36,717 nucleotides of DNA from a virus. Lineage: Duplodnaviria; Caudoviricetes. Made by a program: the position numbers and the translations under genes. The notes below the pieces were generated by a model that saw nothing but the letters and a program-made list of their open reading frames with translations, was not told the origin of the DNA and did no database searches. This document shows, one piece after another, positions 8,346-15,754 of this stretch (the stretch's first letter is position 1; each line of letters starts with the position of its first letter). Where the stretch lies: positions 1-36,717 of the IMG/VR virus record IMGVR_UViG_3300040985_000803; one strand, 5' to 3'.

Positions 8346-8558
8346 TTAGCAAAGGTTGTCTTTGAAATTCCCGTCCCACTCTTGGCCGGTGTTTTTCTCG
8401 AATTTTTGGAGGCGCTTGTACCAGCGTGCTTCCAGGCGATCCATCTGGCGCTGAAGCTCCCGCCCTCTCTCTTCGATTTGCCGAAGGACGCGGACATCTT
8501 CATCAGCCGCTTCGCCATATCCGAGGACGCTGTCGTCATGTGAGTAGAAGTGTGCCAT
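8346..8558 (-). CDS. Small hypothetical protein (first gene of the leftward operon)
   Basis: AGGGAG RBS; directly downstream of the leftward promoter; no HTH visible. Confidence 0.65.
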   Translation of the reverse strand: MAHFYSHDDSVLGYGEAADEDVRVLRQIEERGRELQRQMDRLEARWYKRLQKFEKNTGQEWDGNFKDNLC

Positions 8559-8583
8559 CTGTTTTCTCCCTTTCTCTATTATG

Positions 8584-8665
8584 ATATTAGCAAAGCCCTA
8601 AAGCCTTTGCAACAACTATCTTTAGCTTTTAGCTATTGATTTATCCGGCGGTCTATGCTTAGGTC
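8584..8665. promoter_or_regulatory. Divergent promoter/operator switch region
   Basis: Leftward TTGCAA-N17-TAATAT (8612-8584); weaker rightward TTGATT (8636) ...TAGGTC just before an RBS-less ATG; operators at 8587-8601 and 8622-8636. Confidence 0.7.
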
Positions 8666-8670
8666 AGCGC

Positions 8671-8859
8671 ATGGACATTCAGAAAATTATCGAACAGTGC
8701 GGCGGCACGAGAGCTATCTCCGACGCCTTACATATTAAGCAGCCTTCAATCTACAATTGGAAGCGGGTGCCGGCGACCCGTGTTCTGGAGATCGAGGTTC
8801 TCAGCGGGATCTCCCGCCACACCCTGCGACCGGATGTCTTTGGCGATGCCCCGAAGTAA
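8671..8859 (+). CDS. Cro/YdaS-like HTH regulator
   Basis: GG...I..AL.I....IYNW..VPA.RV..IE..SGI.R..LRPDVF signature; probably a leaderless transcript. Confidence 0.88.
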   Translation: MDIQKIIEQCGGTRAISDALHIKQPSIYNWKRVPATRVLEIEVLSGISRHTLRPDVFGDAPK

Positions 8860-9241
8860 AACCAAGACCCTACGGAACAAGCTGGATAAGGAGTTCTCGC
8901 TTGCGGTTCGTGAGAGGGCTGGGTGGTGCTGCGAGGCTTGCGGCAAGTCCTACTTCGACAACCGGTCAAGCCTCCAGTGCAGTCACCACTTCTCCAGGCG
9001 GTTCGTTGCGATCCGCTGGGATTGGGACAACGCCAGCGCACATTGTGCGGGGTGCCACATGCACCTTGGGGGTAACCCTATTGAGTTCGCGGAATGGATT
9101 CAGAACAAGATTGGACCGGAAAAGGTCCAGCGTCTCCGCGAATTGAAAGAGACCTCACCGAGATACCGTGAGGCAGACTACCAAGAGCTTTTGGAGAAAT
9201 TAAGGAGAGAAGCAAATGGGCAAGAGGTCATCAAAACTTAG
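8846..9241 (+). CDS. ninG: NinG/Rap-like recombination nuclease
   Basis: LD..FS..VR, CEACG, CSH..SR....RWD..N...C..CH. Confidence 0.8.
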   Translation: MPRSKTKTLRNKLDKEFSLAVRERAGWCCEACGKSYFDNRSSLQCSHHFSRRFVAIRWDWDNASAHCAGCHMHLGGNPIEFAEWIQNKIGPEKVQRLRELKETSPRYREADYQELLEKLRREANGQEVIKT

Positions 9242-9767
9242 GCGTGATAGGGACTGCTACACCACACCCTTCGAAGCCGTCAGGCCGCTGTTCCTTCACC
9301 TGAAGGCTGGTGATGCTTTCGATGAGCCGTGCGCCGGTAACGGGCGATTGGTCCGACACCTTGAGCGCGCCATCCAATGCAAGTTCGCTGGAGACATTGA
9401 ACCGCAGGGCTGGGGCATACACCAGATCGACGCCTTCGACAGGACGCATTGTTATGGCGATATGTTCATCACCAACCCGCCCTGGCCGGCAATCGGCAAG
9501 CAGGGTGACCCGACGATAGCGATGGCGATCCACTTGTCGAACATCGCGCCGACGTGGTTCCTGCTCAATGCTGACGTGATCCATAATAGGTACTTCTCCA
9601 AGGTCACCGACCGATGCTCAAAAATCGTATCGGTTGGCCGTGTGAGTTGGATGGACAATAAAATCAAGGGCAAGGAAAACTGCGCTTGGATGCTTTTCGA
9701 CAAGAACTACTCCGGGCCGATCCGATTTTATCCGAGGGGCGCAGAATATGCAGTCGCATCGAATTGA
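9216..9767 (+). CDS. DNA amino-methyltransferase (probably N6-adenine)
   Basis: D.Y.TP, EPCAGNG SAM motif, catalytic ITNPPW. Confidence 0.85.
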   Translation: MGKRSSKLRRDRDCYTTPFEAVRPLFLHLKAGDAFDEPCAGNGRLVRHLERAIQCKFAGDIEPQGWGIHQIDAFDRTHCYGDMFITNPPWPAIGKQGDPTIAMAIHLSNIAPTWFLLNADVIHNRYFSKVTDRCSKIVSVGRVSWMDNKIKGKENCAWMLFDKNYSGPIRFYPRGAEYAVASN

Positions 9768-10032
9768 GGCGCCCGATTCCTGTGAATACGATGGCGCCGT
9801 AGACCGGGCTTTGCAAATCCACGAATACTGGCGCGAGCGCGGCCAAAAGGTCGAGGTCACGATTGAGTCCCAGCGGATCAACGGGAGGGACATCTACGTC
9901 ATCCGCTCAAGCCTAGTGGACGGTGTGCCATGTCATCAATGCAGGGGTCGTGGCGAGATAACCCGAAAGGGCAAACCCGACGCATGCCCGGTCTGCGCGG
10001 CACGGGCGGAATCCGAATGGAGGGGCCTATGA
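9748..10032 (+). CDS. Small Zn-finger protein
   Basis: CHQCRGRG...CPVC (DnaJ-like CxxCxGxG); GAGGGG RBS. Confidence 0.65.
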   Translation: MQSHRIEAPDSCEYDGAVDRALQIHEYWRERGQKVEVTIESQRINGRDIYVIRSSLVDGVPCHQCRGRGEITRKGKPDACPVCAARAESEWRGL

Positions 10033-10979
10033 GATACGGCTCCGTCTGTTCAGGGATTGAGGCAGCGACTGTGGCTTGGTCCCCTCTGGGTTGGGAGGCG
10101 GCGTTTTTCTCCGAGATTGAGAAGTTCCCTCGCGCCGTCCTCCAGCACCATTACCCAAACGTCCCTCTTCATGGGGATTTTACAACGATCAAAGGAGATG
10201 AATATGGTTCAATCGACATTTTGGTCGGAGGAACACCTTGTCAGTCTTTCTCAGTCGCAGGACTCCGAGGCGGCTTGGACGACGACCGTGGAAACTTGGC
10301 CCTCGAGTATCTTAGGCTTGCTCAACGAACACGGCCCAAGTGGTTGGTTTGGGAGAACGTGCCCGGCGTCCTGTCAAGCAATGGAGGACGGGACTTTGGT
10401 TCCATTCTCGGGGGCTTGGTCGAACTCGGGTATGGGTTTGCCTACCGAGTGCTTGACGCTCAATACTTTGGAGTGGCCCAAAGACGCCGTCGTGTGTTCG
10501 TTGTCGGATGTCTTGGAGACTGGCGAGGTGCCGCAGCGGTACTATTTGAGTCCCACAGCTTGCAAGGGCATTCTGCGCCGCGCAGAGAAACGCGGGAAGA
10601 AGTTGCCGGCACCCTTGGCGGCGGCTCTGGAAATCGCGGCTGGGCGCCTGACACAGACCGAATGACCTTCATCCCAGAGGTCGCGCTATCTCTCTCGGCA
10701 GACCCATCAGACCGGCAAGACCCAACACACAAGACGTATCTGCCCATCGCCTTCAATTGGCAAAACGGTGACGATTTCGCTGTCCGAAGACTAACCCCGA
10801 CAGAGTGTGAGAGGCTTCAGGGCTTTCCTGACGGATATACGAAGATCGCTTGGCGTAAGAAGGTGCCGGATGATTGCCCTGACGGCCCGAGATATAAGGC
10901 GCTTGGAAACTCAATGGCTGTTCCAGTTATGAGTTGGATTGGTCCGCGAATTAACAAAGTGGAGAAAGGCAATGTGTGA
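10029..10979 (+). CDS. C5-cytosine DNA methyltransferase (alpha polypeptide)
   Basis: SVCSGIEA, GGTPCQSFS, WENV, Q.RRRVF, RRLTPTECERLQGFPD, YKALGNS. Confidence 0.95.
   Translation: MRYGSVCSGIEAATVAWSPLGWEAAFFSEIEKFPRAVLQHHYPNVPLHGDFTTIKGDEYGSIDILVGGTPCQSFSVAGLRGGLDDDRGNLALEYLRLAQRTRPKWLVWENVPGVLSSNGGRDFGSILGGLVELGYGFAYRVLDAQYFGVAQRRRRVFVVGCLGDWRGAAAVLFESHSLQGHSAPRRETREEVAGTLGGGSGNRGWAPDTDRMTFIPEVALSLSADPSDRQDPTHKTYLPIAFNWQNGDDFAVRRLTPTECERLQGFPDGYTKIAWRKKVPDDCPDGPRYKALGNSMAVPVMSWIGPRINKVEKGNV
10204..10665 (+). CDS. Nested alternate-frame ORF: putative C5-MTase beta polypeptide (M.EcoHK31I-beta-like)
   Basis: AGGAG 6 nt before ATG 10204; SLSDVLE...PQRYYLSPTACKGILRRAEKRGKKLP..L..AL. Confidence 0.65.
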   Translation: MVQSTFWSEEHLVSLSQSQDSEAAWTTTVETWPSSILGLLNEHGPSGWFGRTCPASCQAMEDGTLVPFSGAWSNSGMGLPTECLTLNTLEWPKDAVVCSLSDVLETGEVPQRYYLSPTACKGILRRAEKRGKKLPAPLAAALEIAAGRLTQTE

Positions 10980-11277
10980 AAATACCCCCGATATGTTCAA
11001 GACCTACCCCGACACGCCGGGATGGCAGAAAACAGACACCAGCAAGGCGGCTGCGGACGACATGGCCCCAAAGGCGGCGACCATCCGAGATATGGTCCTG
11101 AGAGCCCTCAGAGAGCGGGACATGACCTCATACGAGCTTGCCGACGCCCTACGGCTTGAATACCACACGATCCAGCCCCGCACGTCAGAGCTTCGGGCGA
11201 AGCATAAAATCATCGACAGCCTGAAGCGCCGGAAAGGGCCGACAGGAAAGCTTGGCATCGTTTGGAAAGCGGTCTAA
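10972..11277 (+). CDS. Winged-HTH DNA-binding protein
   Basis: DTS.AAA...MTSYELA..L......QPR.SEL...I.DS..RR...G....VW. Confidence 0.75.
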   Translation: MCENTPDMFKTYPDTPGWQKTDTSKAAADDMAPKAATIRDMVLRALRERDMTSYELADALRLEYHTIQPRTSELRAKHKIIDSLKRRKGPTGKLGIVWKAV

Positions 11278-11380
11278 CATCAATGCGCGGTGTAAAAATC
11301 GACTTGGTTGCTCTTGTCGAGGCTTAGCATTCCGGCCCGCCTCCACTCCTCCTTTGGAATGCAAAATGAAGGAATGTTCT

Positions 11381-11590
11381 ATGCCCAACGCAACAGAACC
11401 ATATAGACCCGACATAGCGAAGCGAAACCGCTCACGCGCCCTTTGGCTTGTCCGCAATATGGATGACGCTGACCCGAAACTCTCATACACAGCCCATCTA
11501 TTAAAGCGATCCATCGAGGCTACTCTGACGCCCAAACAACAGGCCCGGTTAGACAATTTATGGCGCTCGCGGGGTGGCTCCGATGGGTGA
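11381..11590 (+). CDS. Small hypothetical protein
   Basis: AAGGA RBS; LTPKQ..RL..LW motif. Confidence 0.6.
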   Translation: MPNATEPYRPDIAKRNRSRALWLVRNMDDADPKLSYTAHLLKRSIEATLTPKQQARLDNLWRSRGGSDG

Positions 11591-12353
11591 TAAAGTTCGC
11601 TATGTCCGGTTCCATCCTGACGAATACATCGCTGGCGTTGGGGCGCAAATGGACGCCGAGACGCAGGGCGTTTATTGGATGATATGCTCTCTAATTTACA
11701 GCCACGGAGGGCCGATAGATAATGACCCAAAGTACATTGGGCGGCTCGTTTGTATGGGCCAAGCGAGAGCGAGAAAGGTCATCGACGGCCTCATTGAGAG
11801 CGGTAAAATTTTCGTTTTTCAGTCAAAACTCACGCAAAAACGGGCGGAAACTGAGGTAAAACACGCGCAAAATAGAACCGAAAAAGCAAAAGAAAATGGT
11901 GGGAAAGGGGGGCGACCTCCTAAGAAAAACAAAGACTTAGGGAAACCGGATGGTTTAAAACCCGAAAACCTAACCACTAACCATAAACCAGTAACCAGTA
12001 TTATAGATACTAACGTATCTATAAGCGACACACCGAAAGGATCGACAAATGGCCCCCGACAACTTTCAGAAGATTGGAGACATAACGGAAAATCTTACGA
12101 GGTCGGAGAAGGAGAAGGATATACCCGAGACGAGGTCGATTGGATCGCGACGGACTTTGCAGACCACTGGAGGTCAAACGGAAAGCGGAAGAAAGATTGG
12201 GACCGGACATTCTACAACTGGCTCCGCTCTGACATTACCCGTCGCAATCTCAGAGAGAAGCGGCAAGGTCTCGCCAGAGGCAACAACCAAGGAGGTGGAG
12301 GGTTTGCTGAAATCGCAGCTAGGACTATTGCCGGAATGGGGGGGGAGCAGTGA
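11583..12353 (+). CDS. Replication initiator/replisome organizer (DUF1376/YdaU-like)
   Basis: YVRFHPDEYI...GVYW, QKRA, NGGKGGRP, C-terminal F.DHW....KKDW..TF.NW; internal repeats. Confidence 0.85.
   Translation: MGDKVRYVRFHPDEYIAGVGAQMDAETQGVYWMICSLIYSHGGPIDNDPKYIGRLVCMGQARARKVIDGLIESGKIFVFQSKLTQKRAETEVKHAQNRTEKAKENGGKGGRPPKKNKDLGKPDGLKPENLTTNHKPVTSIIDTNVSISDTPKGSTNGPRQLSEDWRHNGKSYEVGEGEGYTRDEVDWIATDFADHWRSNGKRKKDWDRTFYNWLRSDITRRNLREKRQGLARGNNQGGGGFAEIAARTIAGMGGEQ
11943..12024. repeat. Putative replication origin: iterons and palindrome inside the initiator gene
   Basis: Four 7-bp tandem units (TAACCAC, TAACCAT, AAACCAG, TAACCAG; 11971-11998) then perfect inverted repeat TTATAGATAC-taac-GTATCTATAA (12001-12024); A-rich flank. 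Confidence 0.6.
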
Positions 12354-12696
12354 GTTGGTCTCAGGGTATCAGGTTGACGGCGAGGTCACCGAGGAAATGA
12401 AAGCGTTCGTTCGCAATGCTGCGTTGCCGCTTACCGCGCAAGAGGTGGTCGAAGAGTTATCCATGCTCGCCGCGCTTACGAAGCGACGGAACACCGACGA
12501 CGCTGACACAGCCATCCTAATCCGGGCCTACGCCGAGAAGCTCTCCGAGTATCCAGCGGACGTTGTGAAATACGTTCTCGCCAGCACGGCCCGGAACAAC
12601 GTGTTCTTTCCGGCCTGGGCTGAGTTGTACGAGGACTTGGAGTTCTGGGGGCGCAGACGCTTGCGCCTTCGGGACGCAGTGCTGGGAGCAGGCTGA
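12049..12696 (+). CDS. Putative helicase loader-like protein (start uncertain; long overlap with initiator)
   Basis: Y...L.EYPADVV.........FFP.WAEL pattern; follows the initiator; AAGGA before ATG 12049. Confidence 0.6.
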   Translation: MAPDNFQKIGDITENLTRSEKEKDIPETRSIGSRRTLQTTGGQTESGRKIGTGHSTTGSALTLPVAISERSGKVSPEATTKEVEGLLKSQLGLLPEWGGSSELVSGYQVDGEVTEEMKAFVRNAALPLTAQEVVEELSMLAALTKRRNTDDADTAILIRAYAEKLSEYPADVVKYVLASTARNNVFFPAWAELYEDLEFWGRRRLRLRDAVLGAG

Positions 12697-12956
12697 TGGA
12701 TCAAGAGGAACGAGAGATCGCCACAATGAACGCAGCCACACGAGCTAAGAAGGCCGTCAGGTTCGCAGCAAACTACGTTGACAGCCAGCCCACCGAGATA
12801 TGGACATCCGGCGCCTGGGTTCCAATGAAGAGCGAGGTCGAGAAGAGGGCGCGGATATGCCTGAACCAGGGCCGCCACATCGAGGTAAAGTTCACCGACG
12901 CCGAGATGGCGCACTTTAGGGAAATCGGAAAATTATATATTAGGCAGGAGAGTTGA
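12696..12956 (+). CDS. Hypothetical protein
   Basis: TGATG coupling; GGAG RBS. Confidence 0.65.
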   Translation: MDQEEREIATMNAATRAKKAVRFAANYVDSQPTEIWTSGAWVPMKSEVEKRARICLNQGRHIEVKFTDAEMAHFREIGKLYIRQES

Positions 12957-14041
12957 TCATGGTTGCGAAAATTATTCTATGGTTGAAATCATTATTCCGC
13001 AAAGATGAGGCGCCAAAAGCCAAGCGTAAGAGGGACGTAGAGCTTTACAGGTTCAAAAGCACGATCCTTGAACGGTTGGATTGGTACTTCGGAATTATTA
13101 AGCGCATGAAGAAAGGCGACCGTGAGATGTATAATCTCTACAGTCGATGGGGCGCGGCGGTCATGTCTGAAAAGGAAGCCGAAGATTGCATGGCATCACA
13201 GTCGACCGCACTTCCTGTCTGGTGGTCGGAAAACCGGCCATCGTTCGGCGGGTTCTTTTTATCGGAAGGCGTATCAAAAGATGGGAAAAGCCTGATCCCT
13301 GCGTTCGTGGCTTTCAGGAAGTATGCAAAGAATAAGGTTCCTCCTGAAATCCAGCGGTCGAACGGCGACGTGTACGTCGCCACGGTTTATTGGGATGATG
13401 TTGACAACATAACCTACGGACGCCCAACTGAATTTGCAGTCTCCATAGACGCGGAATCAAACGTCACAGCACTGAAAACCAAGACCACGAAAATGCGTGT
13501 AATCAATTCAAAAAGGGGCAAGTTCGGGATACCTGAACAGCGATACCGCATTGATGGGTTCTTCAAGAAATGGTATAAACAAAACGAAGACGCTGCTGAC
13601 AGCACGGCGGACTATTTGGCGATGCTTTTTGTTGGGATTGCGAGGCTCTACACAACCCAGAATGCGAACATGACAAAGATTCACGTTCGGAAAAAGAGGC
13701 TGAAAGCTGTATTCTCAATCGACGTGCTGCGAACCCCGTATTTCTTCAGCGACAGAGACCCCGTCATAACCAACGGAGTGAAGAAGCGCATATTCCATAT
13801 CGTTAGGGCGCACAAAAGGTTGGTTGGGGCCACTGAGACGTATGTGAAGACGCACTTCAGAGGATTGCGGAGGTTCGTGTGGAACGGGTACAGCGTCAAC
13901 GTCACGGTGCCGGGGTGGCATCACGCCGACTTCGCAGTGTTCGACGCAGGAGCTATTGACTGCGAGCCAGGGAAGTCTCGAGATGAAATGATTGGGATGA
14001 AGAAACTCGGGAAACGAATCGCTGAACTTGAGGACGCTTGA
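12953..14041 (+). CDS. Basic hypothetical protein (362 aa)
   Basis: Long ORF with AGGAG RBS; C-terminal HIVRAHKR...VKTHFRG motif. Confidence 0.75.
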   Translation: MIMVAKIILWLKSLFRKDEAPKAKRKRDVELYRFKSTILERLDWYFGIIKRMKKGDREMYNLYSRWGAAVMSEKEAEDCMASQSTALPVWWSENRPSFGGFFLSEGVSKDGKSLIPAFVAFRKYAKNKVPPEIQRSNGDVYVATVYWDDVDNITYGRPTEFAVSIDAESNVTALKTKTTKMRVINSKRGKFGIPEQRYRIDGFFKKWYKQNEDAADSTADYLAMLFVGIARLYTTQNANMTKIHVRKKRLKAVFSIDVLRTPYFFSDRDPVITNGVKKRIFHIVRAHKRLVGATETYVKTHFRGLRRFVWNGYSVNVTVPGWHHADFAVFDAGAIDCEPGKSRDEMIGMKKLGKRIAELEDA

Positions 14042-14075
14042 AGGAATTTTCTGGATGTGCCACCCTGTGAAACTA

Positions 14076-14127
14076 CCGGGTGCCGTTTTATCTCCCCTTC
14101 TCCTCTCCTCTGCGGCACCCGGCTTTT
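14076..14127 (+). terminator. Putative terminator of the rightward early operon (large pyrimidine loop)
   Basis: CCGGGTGCCGT/GCGGCACCCGG stem followed by CTTTT. Confidence 0.5.
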
Positions 14128-14133
14128 CCGTCA

Positions 14134-14216
14134 TTGAAAATAAATCCAAAACATCGTAAAGTGCTTTCTGCCGCCGGGGCTGTGCCTCCTGGGCAACCCT
14201 GACGGCTTCGGCGGCA
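14134..14216 (+). promoter_or_regulatory. Putative late promoter and structured 5' leader
   Basis: TTGAAA-N17-TAAAGT (14134-14162); 15-bp stem 14169-14183/14202-14216 starting at the predicted TSS. Confidence 0.6.
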
Positions 14217-14232
14217 ACTCAATGGAGACGAC

Positions 14233-14427
14233 ATGAAAACCTCATCCAAGAAAGCAGTTGGTATCTCGAAATCGGGCATGGGCGCGGCCTATGATGGTAA
14301 GAAACTTCCCCAACCGAAAAACAACAACAAAAAAAGCAAATCGTTTTCCGGCGGTGGCGCTACGAAGTCAAGCAACGCATCGGCTTCCGGCGTAAACAAA
14401 GAGCAAGCATCAAAGATGGGCTATTAG
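14233..14427 (+). CDS. Small Lys/Ser-rich basic protein
   Basis: GGAG RBS; low-complexity basic sequence. Confidence 0.65.
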   Translation: MKTSSKKAVGISKSGMGAAYDGKKLPQPKNNNKKSKSFSGGGATKSSNASASGVNKEQASKMGY

Positions 14428-14428
14428 G

Positions 14429-14575
14429 ATGAAGAAATCCTATGAAGACCACATAGCCGAAGGGGTAGCTAAACAGAAAGCCCTTGGCCTGTACGTTGAA
14501 CCGGAAAAGCCGAAGAAAGCCCCGGCTAAGAAGAAGGCTGCACCACGCAAGCGGGCGGCAGCAAAGAAAAGTTAA
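14429..14575 (+). CDS. 48-aa protein with histone H1-like tail
   Basis: ...PEKPKKAPAKKKAAPRKRAAAKKS*; fills the gap exactly between neighbours. Confidence 0.6.
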   Translation: MKKSYEDHIAEGVAKQKALGLYVEPEKPKKAPAKKKAAPRKRAAAKKS

Positions 14576-15754
14576 ATGCCAGAAATGGAAATCAGGGAAA
14601 TAGGCATAGGGGAGTTAATCCCTTGCGCCAGCAATAGCCGCACCCATTCGGAAGAACAGGTAGCACAGATAGCGGCGTCCATCCGCGAATTTGGCTTTAA
14701 CAACCCTGTCCTATTAGCCGACGACAAAACAATCATCGCAGGGCATGGGCGCGTTCTCGCAGCCAGGAAGCTAGACCTTCAAAAAGTCCCCTGCGTATTT
14801 CTATCGCACCTTACCCCGACGCAGCGCAAAGCATACATCATTGCGGATAACAAACTGGCCCTAAACGCTGGCTGGGATATGGAGATGCTGTCCCTTGAGA
14901 TGGGCGACCTCCGCGACGAAGGCTTGACCGACCCGGACGAGGTTCCTGACTTGCCTGACGAGCCGGTTACCAAGCCCGGCGACGTGTGGGTTATGGGGAA
15001 ACACCGGCTGATGTGCGGTAGCAGTACGGTTGAAACCGACGTGTCGGCGCTCCTGGCGGGTGTTGAGCCGCACCTAATGGTTACGGACCCGCCTTATGGC
15101 GTGGAGTATGATGCGGACTGGCGGAATAAGGCTATGCGCGCTGATGGGTCCGCCGACGGCGGACGCGCTGTCGGTAAGGTGGAGAACGACGACAACGCAG
15201 ACTGGTCGGAAGCTTGGGCGCTATTCCCCGGTGATGTGGCTTACGTTTGGCATGGAGGGGTCGCTGCTGGGGTTGTTGCCGAAAGTTTGCAGAAAAACGA
15301 TTTCAATATTCGCGCACAGATTATCTGGGCTAAGAATAACATGGCTATCGGTCGCGGTGATTATCATTGGCAGCACGAGCCTTGCTGGTATGCCGTCCGA
15401 AAGAATAAAAAAGGCCACTATGGCGGGGGCCGAAAGCAAACGACACTTTGGCAGATAGATAAACCCGTGAAGTCCGAGACAGGACACAGCACACAAAAGC
15501 CCGTCGAGTGCATGAAGCGCCCTATTGAAAATAACTCAAGCCCAGGCCAAGCGGTTTATGAGCCGTTCTCAGGTAGCGGAACAACTATTATTGCCGGTGA
15601 GATGACAGGCCGCGCAATATACGCAATGGAACTAAGCCCGGCCTATGTAGATGTTGCCGTTAAGCGGTGGCAAGACTTCACAGGAGAGCAGGCCAAGCTA
15701 GAGTCAACAGGGGAATTTTTCCGTATCCCATGTGAGAAATCCAATGCCGCGTAA
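14576..15754 (+). CDS. ParB-N domain plus N4/N6 DNA methyltransferase fusion
   Basis: NSRTH..EQV.QIAASI.EFGF...IIAGHGR, IADNKL; TDPPY; H.TQKPV; YEPFSGSGTT. Confidence 0.93.
   Translation: MPEMEIREIGIGELIPCASNSRTHSEEQVAQIAASIREFGFNNPVLLADDKTIIAGHGRVLAARKLDLQKVPCVFLSHLTPTQRKAYIIADNKLALNAGWDMEMLSLEMGDLRDEGLTDPDEVPDLPDEPVTKPGDVWVMGKHRLMCGSSTVETDVSALLAGVEPHLMVTDPPYGVEYDADWRNKAMRADGSADGGRAVGKVENDDNADWSEAWALFPGDVAYVWHGGVAAGVVAESLQKNDFNIRAQIIWAKNNMAIGRGDYHWQHEPCWYAVRKNKKGHYGGGRKQTTLWQIDKPVKSETGHSTQKPVECMKRPIENNSSPGQAVYEPFSGSGTTIIAGEMTGRAIYAMELSPAYVDVAVKRWQDFTGEQAKLESTGEFFRIPCEKSNAA

Noticed and set aside
11285-11346. tRNA/tmRNA-like look (…ATCGAC…, …CCGCCTCCAC)
   Set aside because: No cloverleaf or T-loop consensus can be built; better explained by local hairpins
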